Positions 10,162-19,415 of a stretch of 64,000 nt of DNA are shown one piece after another. This DNA comes from an uncultured Phycisphaerales bacterium (GTDB lineage Bacteria > Planctomycetota > Phycisphaerae > Sedimentisphaerales > Anaerobacaceae). The notes beneath the pieces were generated by a model. The model made no database searches. It worked only from the letters and a program-made list of their open reading frames with translations, and had not been told where the DNA came from. The stretch lies in contig OY970359.1 of the NCBI GenBank assembly GCA_963718665.1, forward strand, positions 1 through 64,000, read 5' to 3'. The stretch's first letter is position 1; each line of letters opens with the position of its first letter. The position numbers and the translations under genes were made by a program.

Positions 10162-12582
10162 GTGGAAACACGGTTGAAAAGTGCTGTTGTAACGCCGGTG
10201 TGGGCGTTTTTGGCAGCGGCGGTCGCATTGTTGTGCGGCGTGCCAGCGGCTATGGCCAGCGAAGCCGAACTGATACTGCCCGACCTCAAGTCAGTCAAAT
10301 TCTTCGGCGACAGGATTGACGGCTGGTCGTTGTTAATATGGGGACTGGCGATATGCGTCTTCGGCATCATCTTCGGCATGGTGCAGTACTCCCGCATTAA
10401 AAATATGAAGGTGCACAAGTCGATGCTCGAAATCTCCGAGCTGATTTACGGCACCTGCAAAACATACCTGTTCACACAGGGTAAATTCATTATTGTCCTG
10501 TGGGCCCTCGTCGCGGTAATTATATGGGTCTATTTCCACCTGCTGCGTGAAATGTCGAACCCCACGGTTGCGATAATCCTCGTATGCAGCTTGATAGGTA
10601 TCGCGGGCAGCTATACTGTCGCGTGGTTCGGAATGAGAATTAATACCTTTGCCAACTCACGCTCGGCCTTTGCAAGCTTAAAAGGCAAACCATTCCCTGT
10701 TTACGAAATACCGCTTCAATCCGGTATGAGCATCGGTATGCTGCTCATCAGTATCGAGCTGTTCGTTATGCTCTGCATCCTTCTGTTCATCGACCCCAAA
10801 TACGCCGGCTACTGCTTTATCGGTTTTGCCATCGGCGAATCACTCGGCGCATCAGTTCTTAGAATCGCAGGAGGCGTCTTTACCAAAATCGCCGATATCG
10901 GCTCCGACCTTATGAAAATCGTCTTCAATATCAAAGAAGACGACGCACGCAATCCCGGTGTCATCGCTGACTGCACGGGCGATAATGCCGGCGACTCTGT
11001 CGGTCCGACCGCAGACGGTTTTGAGACCTACGGCGTTACAGGCGTCGCGTTGATTTCCTTCATATTACTCGCAGTCAAAGACCCGGCTATACAGGTCCAA
11101 TTGCTCGTCTGGATTTTCGTTATGCGGCTTGTAATGATTTTCACAAGCAGCGTTTCCTACTGGCTCAATGCTGCTGTGGCAAAGGCACGGTTCGCAAACC
11201 TCGATAAAATGGATTTCGAGAAGCCGCTGCTGTCCCTTGTATGGCTGACATCGTTCGTCTCAATCGGCCTGACCTATCTCGTTTCGTGGCTGGTCTTACC
11301 GACACTCGGCGACGGCTCAATGTGGTGGAAATTCGCCTCGATTATCACCTGCGGCACAATCGCCGGCGCATTGATTCCTGAGATGGTCAATATGTTCACA
11401 GCTGTCAAATCGGCTTATGTTCAGAACATTGTCAACGCCTCCCGCAAGGGCGGGGCACCCCTGACCATTCTCGCTGGTTTCTGCACAGGCAATTTCAGCG
11501 CATACTGGATGGGCCTGGCTATTATGGCCCTGATGGCAATTGCCTATGGCGTCAGCACCACCGGCTTAGACGTAATGATGATTGCTCCATCCGTCTTCGC
11601 GTTCGGTCTCGTGGCGTTCGGCTTCCTGAGTATGGGGCCTGTAACAATCGCTGTTGACTCATTCGGACCAGTCGCAGACAACGCACAGTCCATTTACGAG
11701 CTTTCGCTGATTGAAACTATTCCGAATATCAAGGCGGACATCAAAAAGGAATTCGGGTTCGAGCCGAATTTCGACAAGGCCAAGAGATTTCTCGAAGAGG
11801 CAGACGGCGCGGGCAACACCTTCAAAGCGACTGCAAAGCCCGTTCTCATAGGCACCGCAGTCGTCGGTGCGACCACGATGATTTTCTCAATCATAATAAT
11901 TCTCACTCATGGCCTCCAACCGGAGCTTCTGGCAAACCTGTCGATTCTGCACCCGCCGTTCCTGCTCGGCCTGATGGCCGGCGGCGCGGTCATCTACTGG
12001 TTTACGGCTGCCTCCACGCAGGCCGTATCGACCGGCGCTTATCATGCCGTAAAGTTCATCAAAGATAATATCAAGCTCGAAGGCGCAACCAAGGCATCCA
12101 GCGAAGACAGCAACAAGGTCGTCGAGATTTGCACCAAGTTCGCCCAGAAGGGTATGATAAACCTGTTCTTAGTCATATTCTTCAGCACGCTCGCCTTCGC
12201 CTGTCTTGACCCCTATTTCTTCATCGGCTACCTGATTTCAATCGCCTTGTTCGGCCTGTTTCAGGCAATCTTTATGGCAAACGCAGGCGGCGCATGGGAC
12301 AACGCCAAGAAATACGTCGAAGTTGACCTCAGGGAAAAGGGCACCCCGCTGCACGCCGCAACAGTTGTCGGCGACACAGTCGGCGACCCCTTCAAAGATA
12401 CCTCCTCGGTTTCGATGAACCCCATCATCAAGTTCAGCACCCTGTTTGGTGTTTTGGCTATCGAGCTTGCACTCGTATCGAGCAGGAAGGTTGACATTAC
12501 CCTGGCGATTGTCTTCTTTGCAATCTCGGCCTTCTTCGTCGCACGTTCATTCTACGGTATGAGAATTAGAGACGAGGATTAA
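10162..12582 (+). CDS. hppA: Membrane-bound ion-translocating pyrophosphatase (K+-independent, divergent type)
   Basis: GGVFTKIADIGSDL, EDDARNPGVIADCTGDNAGD, GNTFKA, GGAWDNAKK and GDTVGDPFKDT motifs; many TM helices; AAGGAG SD before GTG. Confidence 0.95.
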   Translation: METRLKSAVVTPVWAFLAAAVALLCGVPAAMASEAELILPDLKSVKFFGDRIDGWSLLIWGLAICVFGIIFGMVQYSRIKNMKVHKSMLEISELIYGTCKTYLFTQGKFIIVLWALVAVIIWVYFHLLREMSNPTVAIILVCSLIGIAGSYTVAWFGMRINTFANSRSAFASLKGKPFPVYEIPLQSGMSIGMLLISIELFVMLCILLFIDPKYAGYCFIGFAIGESLGASVLRIAGGVFTKIADIGSDLMKIVFNIKEDDARNPGVIADCTGDNAGDSVGPTADGFETYGVTGVALISFILLAVKDPAIQVQLLVWIFVMRLVMIFTSSVSYWLNAAVAKARFANLDKMDFEKPLLSLVWLTSFVSIGLTYLVSWLVLPTLGDGSMWWKFASIITCGTIAGALIPEMVNMFTAVKSAYVQNIVNASRKGGAPLTILAGFCTGNFSAYWMGLAIMALMAIAYGVSTTGLDVMMIAPSVFAFGLVAFGFLSMGPVTIAVDSFGPVADNAQSIYELSLIETIPNIKADIKKEFGFEPNFDKAKRFLEEADGAGNTFKATAKPVLIGTAVVGATTMIFSIIIILTHGLQPELLANLSILHPPFLLGLMAGGAVIYWFTAASTQAVSTGAYHAVKFIKDNIKLEGATKASSEDSNKVVEICTKFAQKGMINLFLVIFFSTLAFACLDPYFFIGYLISIALFGLFQAIFMANAGGAWDNAKKYVEVDLREKGTPLHAATVVGDTVGDPFKDTSSVSMNPIIKFSTLFGVLAIELALVSSRKVDITLAIVFFAISAFFVARSFYGMRIRDED

Positions 12583-12613
12583 TCCGCCGCGACGGTTTTT
12601 GAAGTGGATACAC

Positions 12614-12647
12614 AAGGGGATTTGCAAAACCGCAAATCCCCTTTTTT
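12614..12647. terminator. Intrinsic terminator between convergent hppA and the hydrogenase operon
   Basis: AAGGGGATTTGC-loop-GCAAATCCCCTTTTTT perfect stem with a T tract on +. Confidence 0.8.
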
Positions 12648-13143
12648 ATTTTGCTTTTTTGAATAACGTAGTGATTTCTTTGGCAATGTATTTGGCGGCA
12701 GCGACAACCTCTTTCGTCGGCTGAGCCCCGAATACAAGCGTCTTTGGCTGGATACCGATGATTATCGCCTGAAACTTAAACGATTCGAGCAGATAACCAA
12801 TTATTACCTTGAGGGGCAGTGAGTGCGTGCAAAATGACGTTCCGCCGATTGTTTCGGGTTCCATTATCTCGATATGTCCCGGCTCTTTATTGAATTCGGC
12901 GGCGTCGATAATTATCAAATGCGTCGGCTGAAACTTTTTTATCTCGCCCGTGAGATTTTCCGGCGCCGTTTCGCCTATAAAAACACGAATTTTCGGCGAG
13001 GTAGTTTGCTTTGTGATTGTTTTCTCGATTTGCTGTGCCGCCAGAATCCCCGCGATATCATCGCCGCGTAATTCCGACCCAACGCCTAATACGGCGACCC
13101 GCCGGGCGTTATTTAGTTTCTGTTTTAGAATCTTTGCCGGCAT
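12646..13143 (-). CDS. hycI: Hydrogenase maturation endopeptidase (HycI-like)
   Basis: VLGVGSELRGDDIAG, GETAPEN, IIIDAAE, CTHSLPL, IGIQP. Confidence 0.9.
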   Translation of the reverse strand: MPAKILKQKLNNARRVAVLGVGSELRGDDIAGILAAQQIEKTITKQTTSPKIRVFIGETAPENLTGEIKKFQPTHLIIIDAAEFNKEPGHIEIMEPETIGGTSFCTHSLPLKVIIGYLLESFKFQAIIIGIQPKTLVFGAQPTKEVVAAAKYIAKEITTLFKKAK

Positions 13144-13495
13144 CTGTGCCTAAAACCACCAGTAGTTTGCCGTGTTCGAGCTGGGCCAGTTCGAAGTCAG
13201 GCGTAGCTTCGAGCGCATCTTTGGGGCAGGTATCGACGCACTGGGCGCAATACAGACATTTGGCGAGGTCTATCTCGGCGACGAATTTCTTTTCGCCAAC
13301 TGGTCTGATTGTAATCGCCCCCGACGGGCAATCCCGCATGCACATTTTGCAGCCGATACATCTTTCCTGGTAGAACCGCAGCTTGCCGCGGAAATCCTTC
13401 GGCATCGGCTTTTTCACAAACGGATACATTGACGTCGCCGGCTTCTTGAAAAGCGACCGCAGCACCTGGCTTGTCATTTTTCCCGGTCTGAACAT
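13109..13495 (-). CDS. 2x[4Fe-4S] subunit (NuoI/HycF-like)
   Basis: CIGCKMCMRDCP and CLYCAQCVDTCP; PATSMYP...FRGKL. Confidence 0.92.
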   Translation of the reverse strand: MFRPGKMTSQVLRSLFKKPATSMYPFVKKPMPKDFRGKLRFYQERCIGCKMCMRDCPSGAITIRPVGEKKFVAEIDLAKCLYCAQCVDTCPKDALEATPDFELAQLEHGKLLVVLGTDAGKDSKTETK

Positions 13496-14433
13496 TATCT
13501 GGTAGCTCCCTTAATAATCAGGTCCGCGATAAACTGCAAAAACGCCAGCGGCGCGATAACCTTCCAGCAAAAGTTTATCATCTGGTCGATTCTCAGCCGA
13601 GCGACTATCGTCCGAGCCAGCGAAATCAGCCCGATTACGAACAGCACCTTTACGAGATATAAGGCGAATCCCGTTGCTGGCCCATAGTTCAGGCCGAAGG
13701 GCAGGAACACCGCTGCAAGTAATGACGCGCCGACGACCAGCTCCATATCAATCGCTAATCGGAATATCGCAAGAAGCCGCCCGCCGTATTCGGTAAACGC
13801 CCCTGCGACGATTTCCGTTTCCGCCTCGGGTATATCGAAGGGCACCTTTTCCAGTTTCCCCAGAAGGGCGATTATCGCGATTACAAAACCCAAAAGGTTA
13901 CACAGGATGGCCCACGGATGAGTATTGAAATATACTGACATTTCGCTCAGCGACCATGTGTCCGCCAGCATCGCCGGCGCCAGTATGCTCAAAAACAGCG
14001 GAATCTCGTATGCGAACAACTGTGTCAGTGAGCGTGCCGCACCAATCATCGAATAAACGCTTCGTGAATACCACCCGCCGAGAAAATACGTCAGCGTGGG
14101 GACAGTCAGCAGATATATCACAACGACAAGGTCGCCCTTGAACGCGAATAACGCCTTAGAACCCCACATCGGCATATAAAGAAACGCCGTAAGAATCGAC
14201 GTAATTGCGACAATCGGCATCATCTTGAAAACAAGCGTGTCGGCGTTCTGCGGCACAATGTCTTCTTTTGCCGACAGCTTTATGAAATCGGCTAAGGGCT
14301 GAAACCATGGGGGGCCAATCCGGTTCTGCATCAACGCGTAAAGTTTGCGGTCGATGTATTCAGCCGCAAGCCCAAACGCCGCGACGAATAAAAACCCCGG
14401 AAACACAAAGATATTGAACAACGCCTCTGTCAT
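13495..14433 (-). CDS. Membrane subunit, NuoH/HycD-like
   Basis: DRKLYALMQNRIGPPWFQPLADFIKL; PFDIPEAETEIVAGAFTEYGG. Confidence 0.92.
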   Translation of the reverse strand: MTEALFNIFVFPGFLFVAAFGLAAEYIDRKLYALMQNRIGPPWFQPLADFIKLSAKEDIVPQNADTLVFKMMPIVAITSILTAFLYMPMWGSKALFAFKGDLVVVIYLLTVPTLTYFLGGWYSRSVYSMIGAARSLTQLFAYEIPLFLSILAPAMLADTWSLSEMSVYFNTHPWAILCNLLGFVIAIIALLGKLEKVPFDIPEAETEIVAGAFTEYGGRLLAIFRLAIDMELVVGASLLAAVFLPFGLNYGPATGFALYLVKVLFVIGLISLARTIVARLRIDQMINFCWKVIAPLAFLQFIADLIIKGATR

Positions 14434-15668
14434 TAGTTCGACTCTCTCATAGTTCTAAGTTTTCGGTTTAATTCCGCGAAATCGATTCCCTGTTTGCTGT
14501 ACCACTCAATGCCGTATGTCCGCAACGCAGGCCAGTCCATTCTGTCCGTCCGGCCATTGTCAATGTTCGTCGTCGCGATGGCCCTGTCCGTGCAGGAAAA
14601 GCACGGGTCAATCGCCGCAATCACAATCGGCGTATCTGCCAGATACCCGTCCTTTAACATATGAGCCACAACCTGCACATTAGCAAGTGTCGGCGCTCGC
14701 ACTTTCACCCGTTCCGGCTTGTCGCTGCCGTTTGCCTTGACGTAATGAACGTCCTCGCCCCTTGGCGCCTCATATCGGCTTACCGCCTGCCCCGCGGGAA
14801 TCTTTCGCGGCGCCTTAACCACTACTGGCCCATCGGGCATCTGCTTCAGTATCTGCCTGACTAACTTATACGATTCCATAAGCTCGCCTACACGAACCAG
14901 CGTCCTGCCGTAAACGTCGCTGTGGTCATCTGTGATTACATTGAAGCTCAATTCTCCATAAGCCGCGTATGGGTCGTCGCGCCTTACGTCTCTATTTACA
15001 CCAGATGCTCTTGCCGTCGGACCTACCGCGCCTAAGTGTGTGGCGTCCTCTTTTGAAAGTTTACCGACTCCCGACAGCCGTTCTCGCAGTGTTATTTCTT
15101 GTGTGGCTACCTGTATGTAATATTTTGTCCGCTCTTCAAGAGTATCAATAGCGGTCAGTATCTGCGGTATCTGCTCCGCTGTAATATCTCGTCTCACGCC
15201 GCCGATTGTATTCATCCCGTAATTGACACGGTTGCCGGTCAGCAGCGCCAGTATGTCCATCACCAGCTCCCGGTCACGCCATGTGTACATAAGAAGCGTG
15301 TCGAACCCTATTTCGTGTCCTGCGACCCCCAGCCAAAGCAAATGGCTGTGAATTCTCTCAAGCTCCGAAATAAGCGTCCGGATATAAAGCCCCCGTTTGG
15401 GTACTGCAAGTCCTGCTATCTCCTCGACCGCCTGTATAAAGCACGTCGAATGTGAGTGTGAACATATCCCGCACACACGCTCGACAAGGTACATATCCTG
15501 AATATACGTCCGCTGTTCGCAGGCCTTTTCGATGCCGCGGTGGTTATAACCCAGCCGAACCGTCATATCTGTTATTTTTTCGCCTCTCAGCGTCAGCAAA
15601 AAGCTCTCCGGCTCTTTCAACATAGGGTGCTGAGGCCCTATCGTTAATTTAACTTCTCGTTCAGGCAT
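14433..15668 (-). CDS. Group 4 [NiFe]-hydrogenase large (catalytic) subunit
   Basis: NuoD-like fold with both Ni-binding motifs (ERVCGICSHSH and DPCFSCTDR) and a C-terminal extension. Confidence 0.92.
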   Translation of the reverse strand: MPEREVKLTIGPQHPMLKEPESFLLTLRGEKITDMTVRLGYNHRGIEKACEQRTYIQDMYLVERVCGICSHSHSTCFIQAVEEIAGLAVPKRGLYIRTLISELERIHSHLLWLGVAGHEIGFDTLLMYTWRDRELVMDILALLTGNRVNYGMNTIGGVRRDITAEQIPQILTAIDTLEERTKYYIQVATQEITLRERLSGVGKLSKEDATHLGAVGPTARASGVNRDVRRDDPYAAYGELSFNVITDDHSDVYGRTLVRVGELMESYKLVRQILKQMPDGPVVVKAPRKIPAGQAVSRYEAPRGEDVHYVKANGSDKPERVKVRAPTLANVQVVAHMLKDGYLADTPIVIAAIDPCFSCTDRAIATTNIDNGRTDRMDWPALRTYGIEWYSKQGIDFAELNRKLRTMRESN

Positions 15669-16143
15669 TCTCTGTTACCTCCGTTTTCCCGCTTTCGTTC
15701 GCTTTCCAGTCCTTGCGGAGCGGATACTGACCCGCGGGCCATCCGTCGGGAAGGGGGTATCTGTTGCCGGGCGGCAGGCCCTCTACCTGCATACCCAGTA
15801 AATCAACCATCTCCCTTTCGTAAGCGTCTGCAGCCGGAAATCTCGCACTAACTGTTTTTATTACAGGTTTATCTTTAGGGACACTGATGTGTAAATTCAG
15901 TATTATCCCGCTTTCCCTCGCTATGTGATAAATTACGCCGAGCGTCAGCCCCTCATCAAGGCCGGTTATCGTCGCAAGAATTACAAATCCCAGCTTGTCC
16001 ACAGCGTAGTCGAAAATCTCGCCAAATTCAGCCGCCGGCACATCCGCCCAGATACGTCGTTCCCGCTGAACTGTAATCTTTTCCGCCGGCAATCCGAATC
16101 TCTCGGTCAACTGCTGTTTTATTTTTTCTTCTTCAACTAACAT
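15661..16143 (-). CDS. NuoC-like subunit
   Basis: LATITGLD; AADAYEREMVDLLG; YPLRKDW. Confidence 0.9.
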   Translation of the reverse strand: MLVEEEKIKQQLTERFGLPAEKITVQRERRIWADVPAAEFGEIFDYAVDKLGFVILATITGLDEGLTLGVIYHIARESGIILNLHISVPKDKPVIKTVSARFPAADAYEREMVDLLGMQVEGLPPGNRYPLPDGWPAGQYPLRKDWKANESGKTEVTENA

Positions 16144-16156
16144 GGGGCACTCCCAA

Positions 16157-16627
16157 TTATATTCTGTTAACCACTGCTTCCTCGGCGGGCTTTTCTGCGT
16201 TTTCCACGCTGGCTAAAAGTTTAACCACTCCGTCTATAATTGCCTTGGGGCTTGCCGGGCATCCCGGTATATATGCCGAAACAGGTATCACCTGGTCTAT
16301 GCCGCCCTCGACGTTGTAGCAGCCGTTGAATACCCCGCCCGAACAGGCACAGGTCCCGACCGCCACGACGAATTTCGGCTCAGGCATCTGCTCGTATATC
16401 CGTATCAGCCGGTCTTTTATCTGCCTCGTAACCGGCCCTGAGCAAACCAAAACGTCCGCGTGCCTCGGTGTGCCTCTTAATATCACCCCGAACCGCTCCA
16501 CGTCGTATCTCGGCGTTAGGGCCGCGATAATTTCAATGTCGCAGGCGTTGCACGCTCCCGTGTTGAAGTGAATTATCCACGGCGACTTGATTCTCGCCCA
16601 CGTTACTATTCTTTTAATCAGAGACAT
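16157..16627 (-). CDS. [NiFe]-hydrogenase small subunit (NuoB/HycG-like)
   Basis: GACNACDIE, PRHADVL, VGTCACSGG, IPGCP. Start placed at MSLIKR (16627) because the upstream extension is repeat DNA. Confidence 0.92.
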   Translation of the reverse strand: MSLIKRIVTWARIKSPWIIHFNTGACNACDIEIIAALTPRYDVERFGVILRGTPRHADVLVCSGPVTRQIKDRLIRIYEQMPEPKFVVAVGTCACSGGVFNGCYNVEGGIDQVIPVSAYIPGCPASPKAIIDGVVKLLASVENAEKPAEEAVVNRI

Positions 16628-16655
16628 CTTCTTTTTGCCTTTTATTTCAAATTTT

Positions 16656-16718
16656 CTCTGCGTTCTCAGCGTGCTCTGTGGTAAAAAATCCGCAATCCGC
16701 AATCTGAAATCTAAAATT
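16656..16718. repeat. Adjacent 9-mer and 7-mer degenerate arrays inside the hydrogenase operon
   Basis: CTCTGCGTT-CTCAGCGTG-CTCTGTGGT, then AATCCGC-AATCCGC-AATCTGA-AATCTAA. Confidence 0.75.
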
Positions 16719-16722
16719 CCTT

Positions 16723-17058
16723 TTACCTCTTATATAAAACGAATAACCCGACAATCGCGCCGAGTATGTAAACCACCGCGATTAAAAACGTCTGCATTGT
16801 CGCTATCGGCACAGTCGCAATCATCAGGGCAACAACGTGCAGTATCGTGAAATAAAACGCGAACGGGAAAAACTGTGTGTAGTCGGGTTGTATCATGTGC
16901 GTTTTGATATCCTCGCCGCAAGAATACTCCTTCGTCAGTCCCGCAGGGATTTTCTTCGGCTTCAGCGCCAGCTTCGACAAAACATACGCACAGAAAAGTG
17001 CCACCAGCATTATCAGGATGAATGCCACCGGAGGCGACAGCAGTAGTTCATTTGACAT
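16723..17058 (-). CDS. NuoA-like membrane subunit
   Basis: Three TM helices; KEYSCGE loop motif; FFPFAFYF. Confidence 0.8.
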   Translation of the reverse strand: MSNELLLSPPVAFILIMLVALFCAYVLSKLALKPKKIPAGLTKEYSCGEDIKTHMIQPDYTQFFPFAFYFTILHVVALMIATVPIATMQTFLIAVVYILGAIVGLFVLYKR

Positions 17059-17067
17059 CTTCTTTTT

Positions 17068-17127
17068 ACCCCGTGAGATATTAAATTTTTAATGGTTATT
17101 CCCGCGAAATTATTTATCTCACGGGGT
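17068..17127. repeat. Palindromic element of the ACCCCGT...ACGGGGT family, copy 1
   Basis: ACCCCGTGAGATA (17068-17080) is the perfect reverse complement of TATCTCACGGGGT (17115-17127). Confidence 0.8.
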
Positions 17128-17448
17128 TTATCCCTTGATATTTCTTAGCAATCTTCCGTCTATCGATTTAATATTCTTATACACGCACAAAACTATTCCG
17201 ACCGCCACCGCAATCACCACCACCTCGATGACTATCAGCGTTATGGCAAGCGCCTGCGCCAACGCCATTCGGCCGGTAACGTATCCCGCCAGGATGATAA
17301 ACAGAGTTACGCTCTTTGTCAGAATCTCTAAGCCAATCAGCGCCCTTACCAGGTTATACGTCATTATCAAACAATAAAAGCCCGTTATCAGCAGAAGGAC
17401 AGCCCCTATGCTGAACAGCCAGAATACCTGCGGTATTTCATCGGTCAT
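17128..17448 (-). CDS. NuoK/MnhC-like subunit
   Basis: About 106 aa, three TM helices; NLVRALIGLEIL, ITLIVIEVVVIAV. Confidence 0.85.
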   Translation of the reverse strand: MTDEIPQVFWLFSIGAVLLLITGFYCLIMTYNLVRALIGLEILTKSVTLFIILAGYVTGRMALAQALAITLIVIEVVVIAVAVGIVLCVYKNIKSIDGRLLRNIKG

Positions 17449-17452
17449 TCGC

Positions 17453-17929
17453 TCAATCCTTAAACAACGCAACCACCCCAAATGCCCCGGCCAGCAGAAT
17501 CACAATCTGCCCGACCAGGTCAAGGTGTCGCAGGTTCCATATAATATTACGAACATCACTTTCACCTGGTGCGACCTGTAAATGGAAATCCAGCGGGATA
17601 TGAATCTGGTAAAGGGCCACCCCCGCCAGCACAAGTATTACAGGCAGAAGCCAGAATTTGGAAAATCGCTCTTTTTGCCTTGCCGCTGCCTGTTCATCGG
17701 TCAGCCGCTGTGTTAAGCTTATGCAGCTTATGAATATGGCGGATATCAATCCCGCGCAAACCGACAGCTCGAAAACCGCCGCCAGAGGCGAATTGAGCTT
17801 GAACATAATTATCGTCAGAATCATGCTGGTTAGTGCCAGCCCTATCACCGAGCGTAATAGGCGAACAGTCATTACCGTCCACGCGGCCGCTAACACTAAC
17901 GCTACTCCAAGTATGATGTTTATTGTCAT
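17453..17929 (-). CDS. NuoJ/MnhB-like membrane subunit
   Basis: Hydrophobic; AAVFELSVCAGL; IWNLRHLDLVGQ. Confidence 0.78.
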   Translation of the reverse strand: MTINIILGVALVLAAAWTVMTVRLLRSVIGLALTSMILTIIMFKLNSPLAAVFELSVCAGLISAIFISCISLTQRLTDEQAAARQKERFSKFWLLPVILVLAGVALYQIHIPLDFHLQVAPGESDVRNIIWNLRHLDLVGQIVILLAGAFGVVALFKD

Positions 17930-17949
17930 ATCAACTCTTCAAAAATTTA

Positions 17950-17970
17950 TAGGGCGGGGTTTACCCCGCC
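17950..17970. repeat. REP-like short palindrome
   Basis: TAGGGCGGGGTTTACCCCGCC hairpin at a gene junction. Confidence 0.55.
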
Positions 17971-17978
17971 AAATTTAT

Positions 17979-19403
17979 CTATTTTAGAAAACTGCTTATA
18001 GGCATCAAAACGCTGTTAAACATCCACGGGAAAGCGACGCCGACGCCGACCGTTATCGCAGCCAGTATCGAGGCGGCTGCTGTTATACCCAAACCGGCTT
18101 CCTTTACGCCGGCCAATTCTTCTACCGGCTTGCCGAAGAATATCTTTCGCTGCATCATCAGCAGGTACGCAAGCGTCAAAACGCTCGCCAATACCGCTAT
18201 CGTCGCGTATGCGTACAGACCGTTCTGCCATAACGCTATCACGATAATCAGCTTGCTCCAGAATCCCGCAAGGGGAGGCACGCCCGCCGTTGATAAGAAC
18301 GCTATCATCGAAGTCGCGTTGGTAACGGGCATCTTTGTCCCCAGCCCGCCTAATTTGTTCATGTCCGTCGTGCCCGATTGTGTCTCGACCGCCGCGGAAT
18401 TGACAAACAGTAATGACTTGAAAATCGAGTGATTGAACAGGTGGAAAATCGCTCCGACTATCGCCAGGTTGGTCCCGCAGCCCAGGGCCAGGATTATGTA
18501 ACCCACCTGGCTGATGCTCGAATATGCCAGCATCCTCTTGAAATCGCTTTGCCCCATTGCCGCGAATGCCCCGACGAGGATTGAAATAACGCCTGCTAAT
18601 AAAAGTATGTGATTTACGGATTCGTTATTCGCGAATACCGAGGTCGTCAGCCGAATCAGCGCGTATATGCCTGATGTCTTGGTTGCTATGCCTGCAAGCA
18701 GCACCGATGCCGCCGCCGGCGCAGCCGAATATGCCCCGGGCAGCCACCCGTGAAACGGAACTACGCCGCCCTTGATTAACAAACCGCAGATAAACAGGCC
18801 GATTGCCACTATCACCAAAGGATTGCCCTGCGATTGTTTTACCGCGCTGCCCGCTGCCGCGAACGATGTGTCCCCGACTACCATCAGCATTATCGAAATC
18901 GAAAGCAGCATCATTATCGTCGCCGTCGCCGACAGGATTATATATTTGAATGCCCCTTCGAGGGCGTTGGTATCGCGCTGGAAAGCGATGAGGATAAACG
19001 ACGCGACCGCCGTTACCTCGATGAATATATACAGCGAAAACAGGTCCGTCAGCATCACCGTCCCGTTCATTCCGATCATTGCGACTAAGACGAGGTTCAC
19101 AAAGCTGAATCGCTGCTTTTCGCTGCCGACTGTCTGCATACCGACCAGAATCGTCGTCAGCGTTACAATGCCGATTGCCAGCAGCAGAACAAGCGTTAGG
19201 TTGTCGCAGGTCAGCCCCAGCGAAAAATACTTCGCCCACGCGTCTGTGCCGCCGTGACCCGTCGCAATCATCGTGACCGCGAGTATCTGCCACAGCGATA
19301 TTATCACCCCGAACAAAAACGCCAGCTTCTGCGTTATGCTTCGCATCGGCAGATTCAGCAGCACTATCGCCAGCAAAGGCAGCAGTAAAAACGGTGACAG
19401 CAT
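17979..19403 (-). CDS. Antiporter-like proton-pumping subunit (NuoN/MnhD-like)
   Basis: LEGAFKY, KGGVVPFHGWLPGAY, KRMLAYSSISQVGY, GVPPLAGFWSK. Confidence 0.9.
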   Translation of the reverse strand: MLSPFLLLPLLAIVLLNLPMRSITQKLAFLFGVIISLWQILAVTMIATGHGGTDAWAKYFSLGLTCDNLTLVLLLAIGIVTLTTILVGMQTVGSEKQRFSFVNLVLVAMIGMNGTVMLTDLFSLYIFIEVTAVASFILIAFQRDTNALEGAFKYIILSATATIMMLLSISIMLMVVGDTSFAAAGSAVKQSQGNPLVIVAIGLFICGLLIKGGVVPFHGWLPGAYSAAPAAASVLLAGIATKTSGIYALIRLTTSVFANNESVNHILLLAGVISILVGAFAAMGQSDFKRMLAYSSISQVGYIILALGCGTNLAIVGAIFHLFNHSIFKSLLFVNSAAVETQSGTTDMNKLGGLGTKMPVTNATSMIAFLSTAGVPPLAGFWSKLIIVIALWQNGLYAYATIAVLASVLTLAYLLMMQRKIFFGKPVEELAGVKEAGLGITAAASILAAITVGVGVAFPWMFNSVLMPISSFLK

Positions 19404-19415
19404 ATTGCCCCTTAA

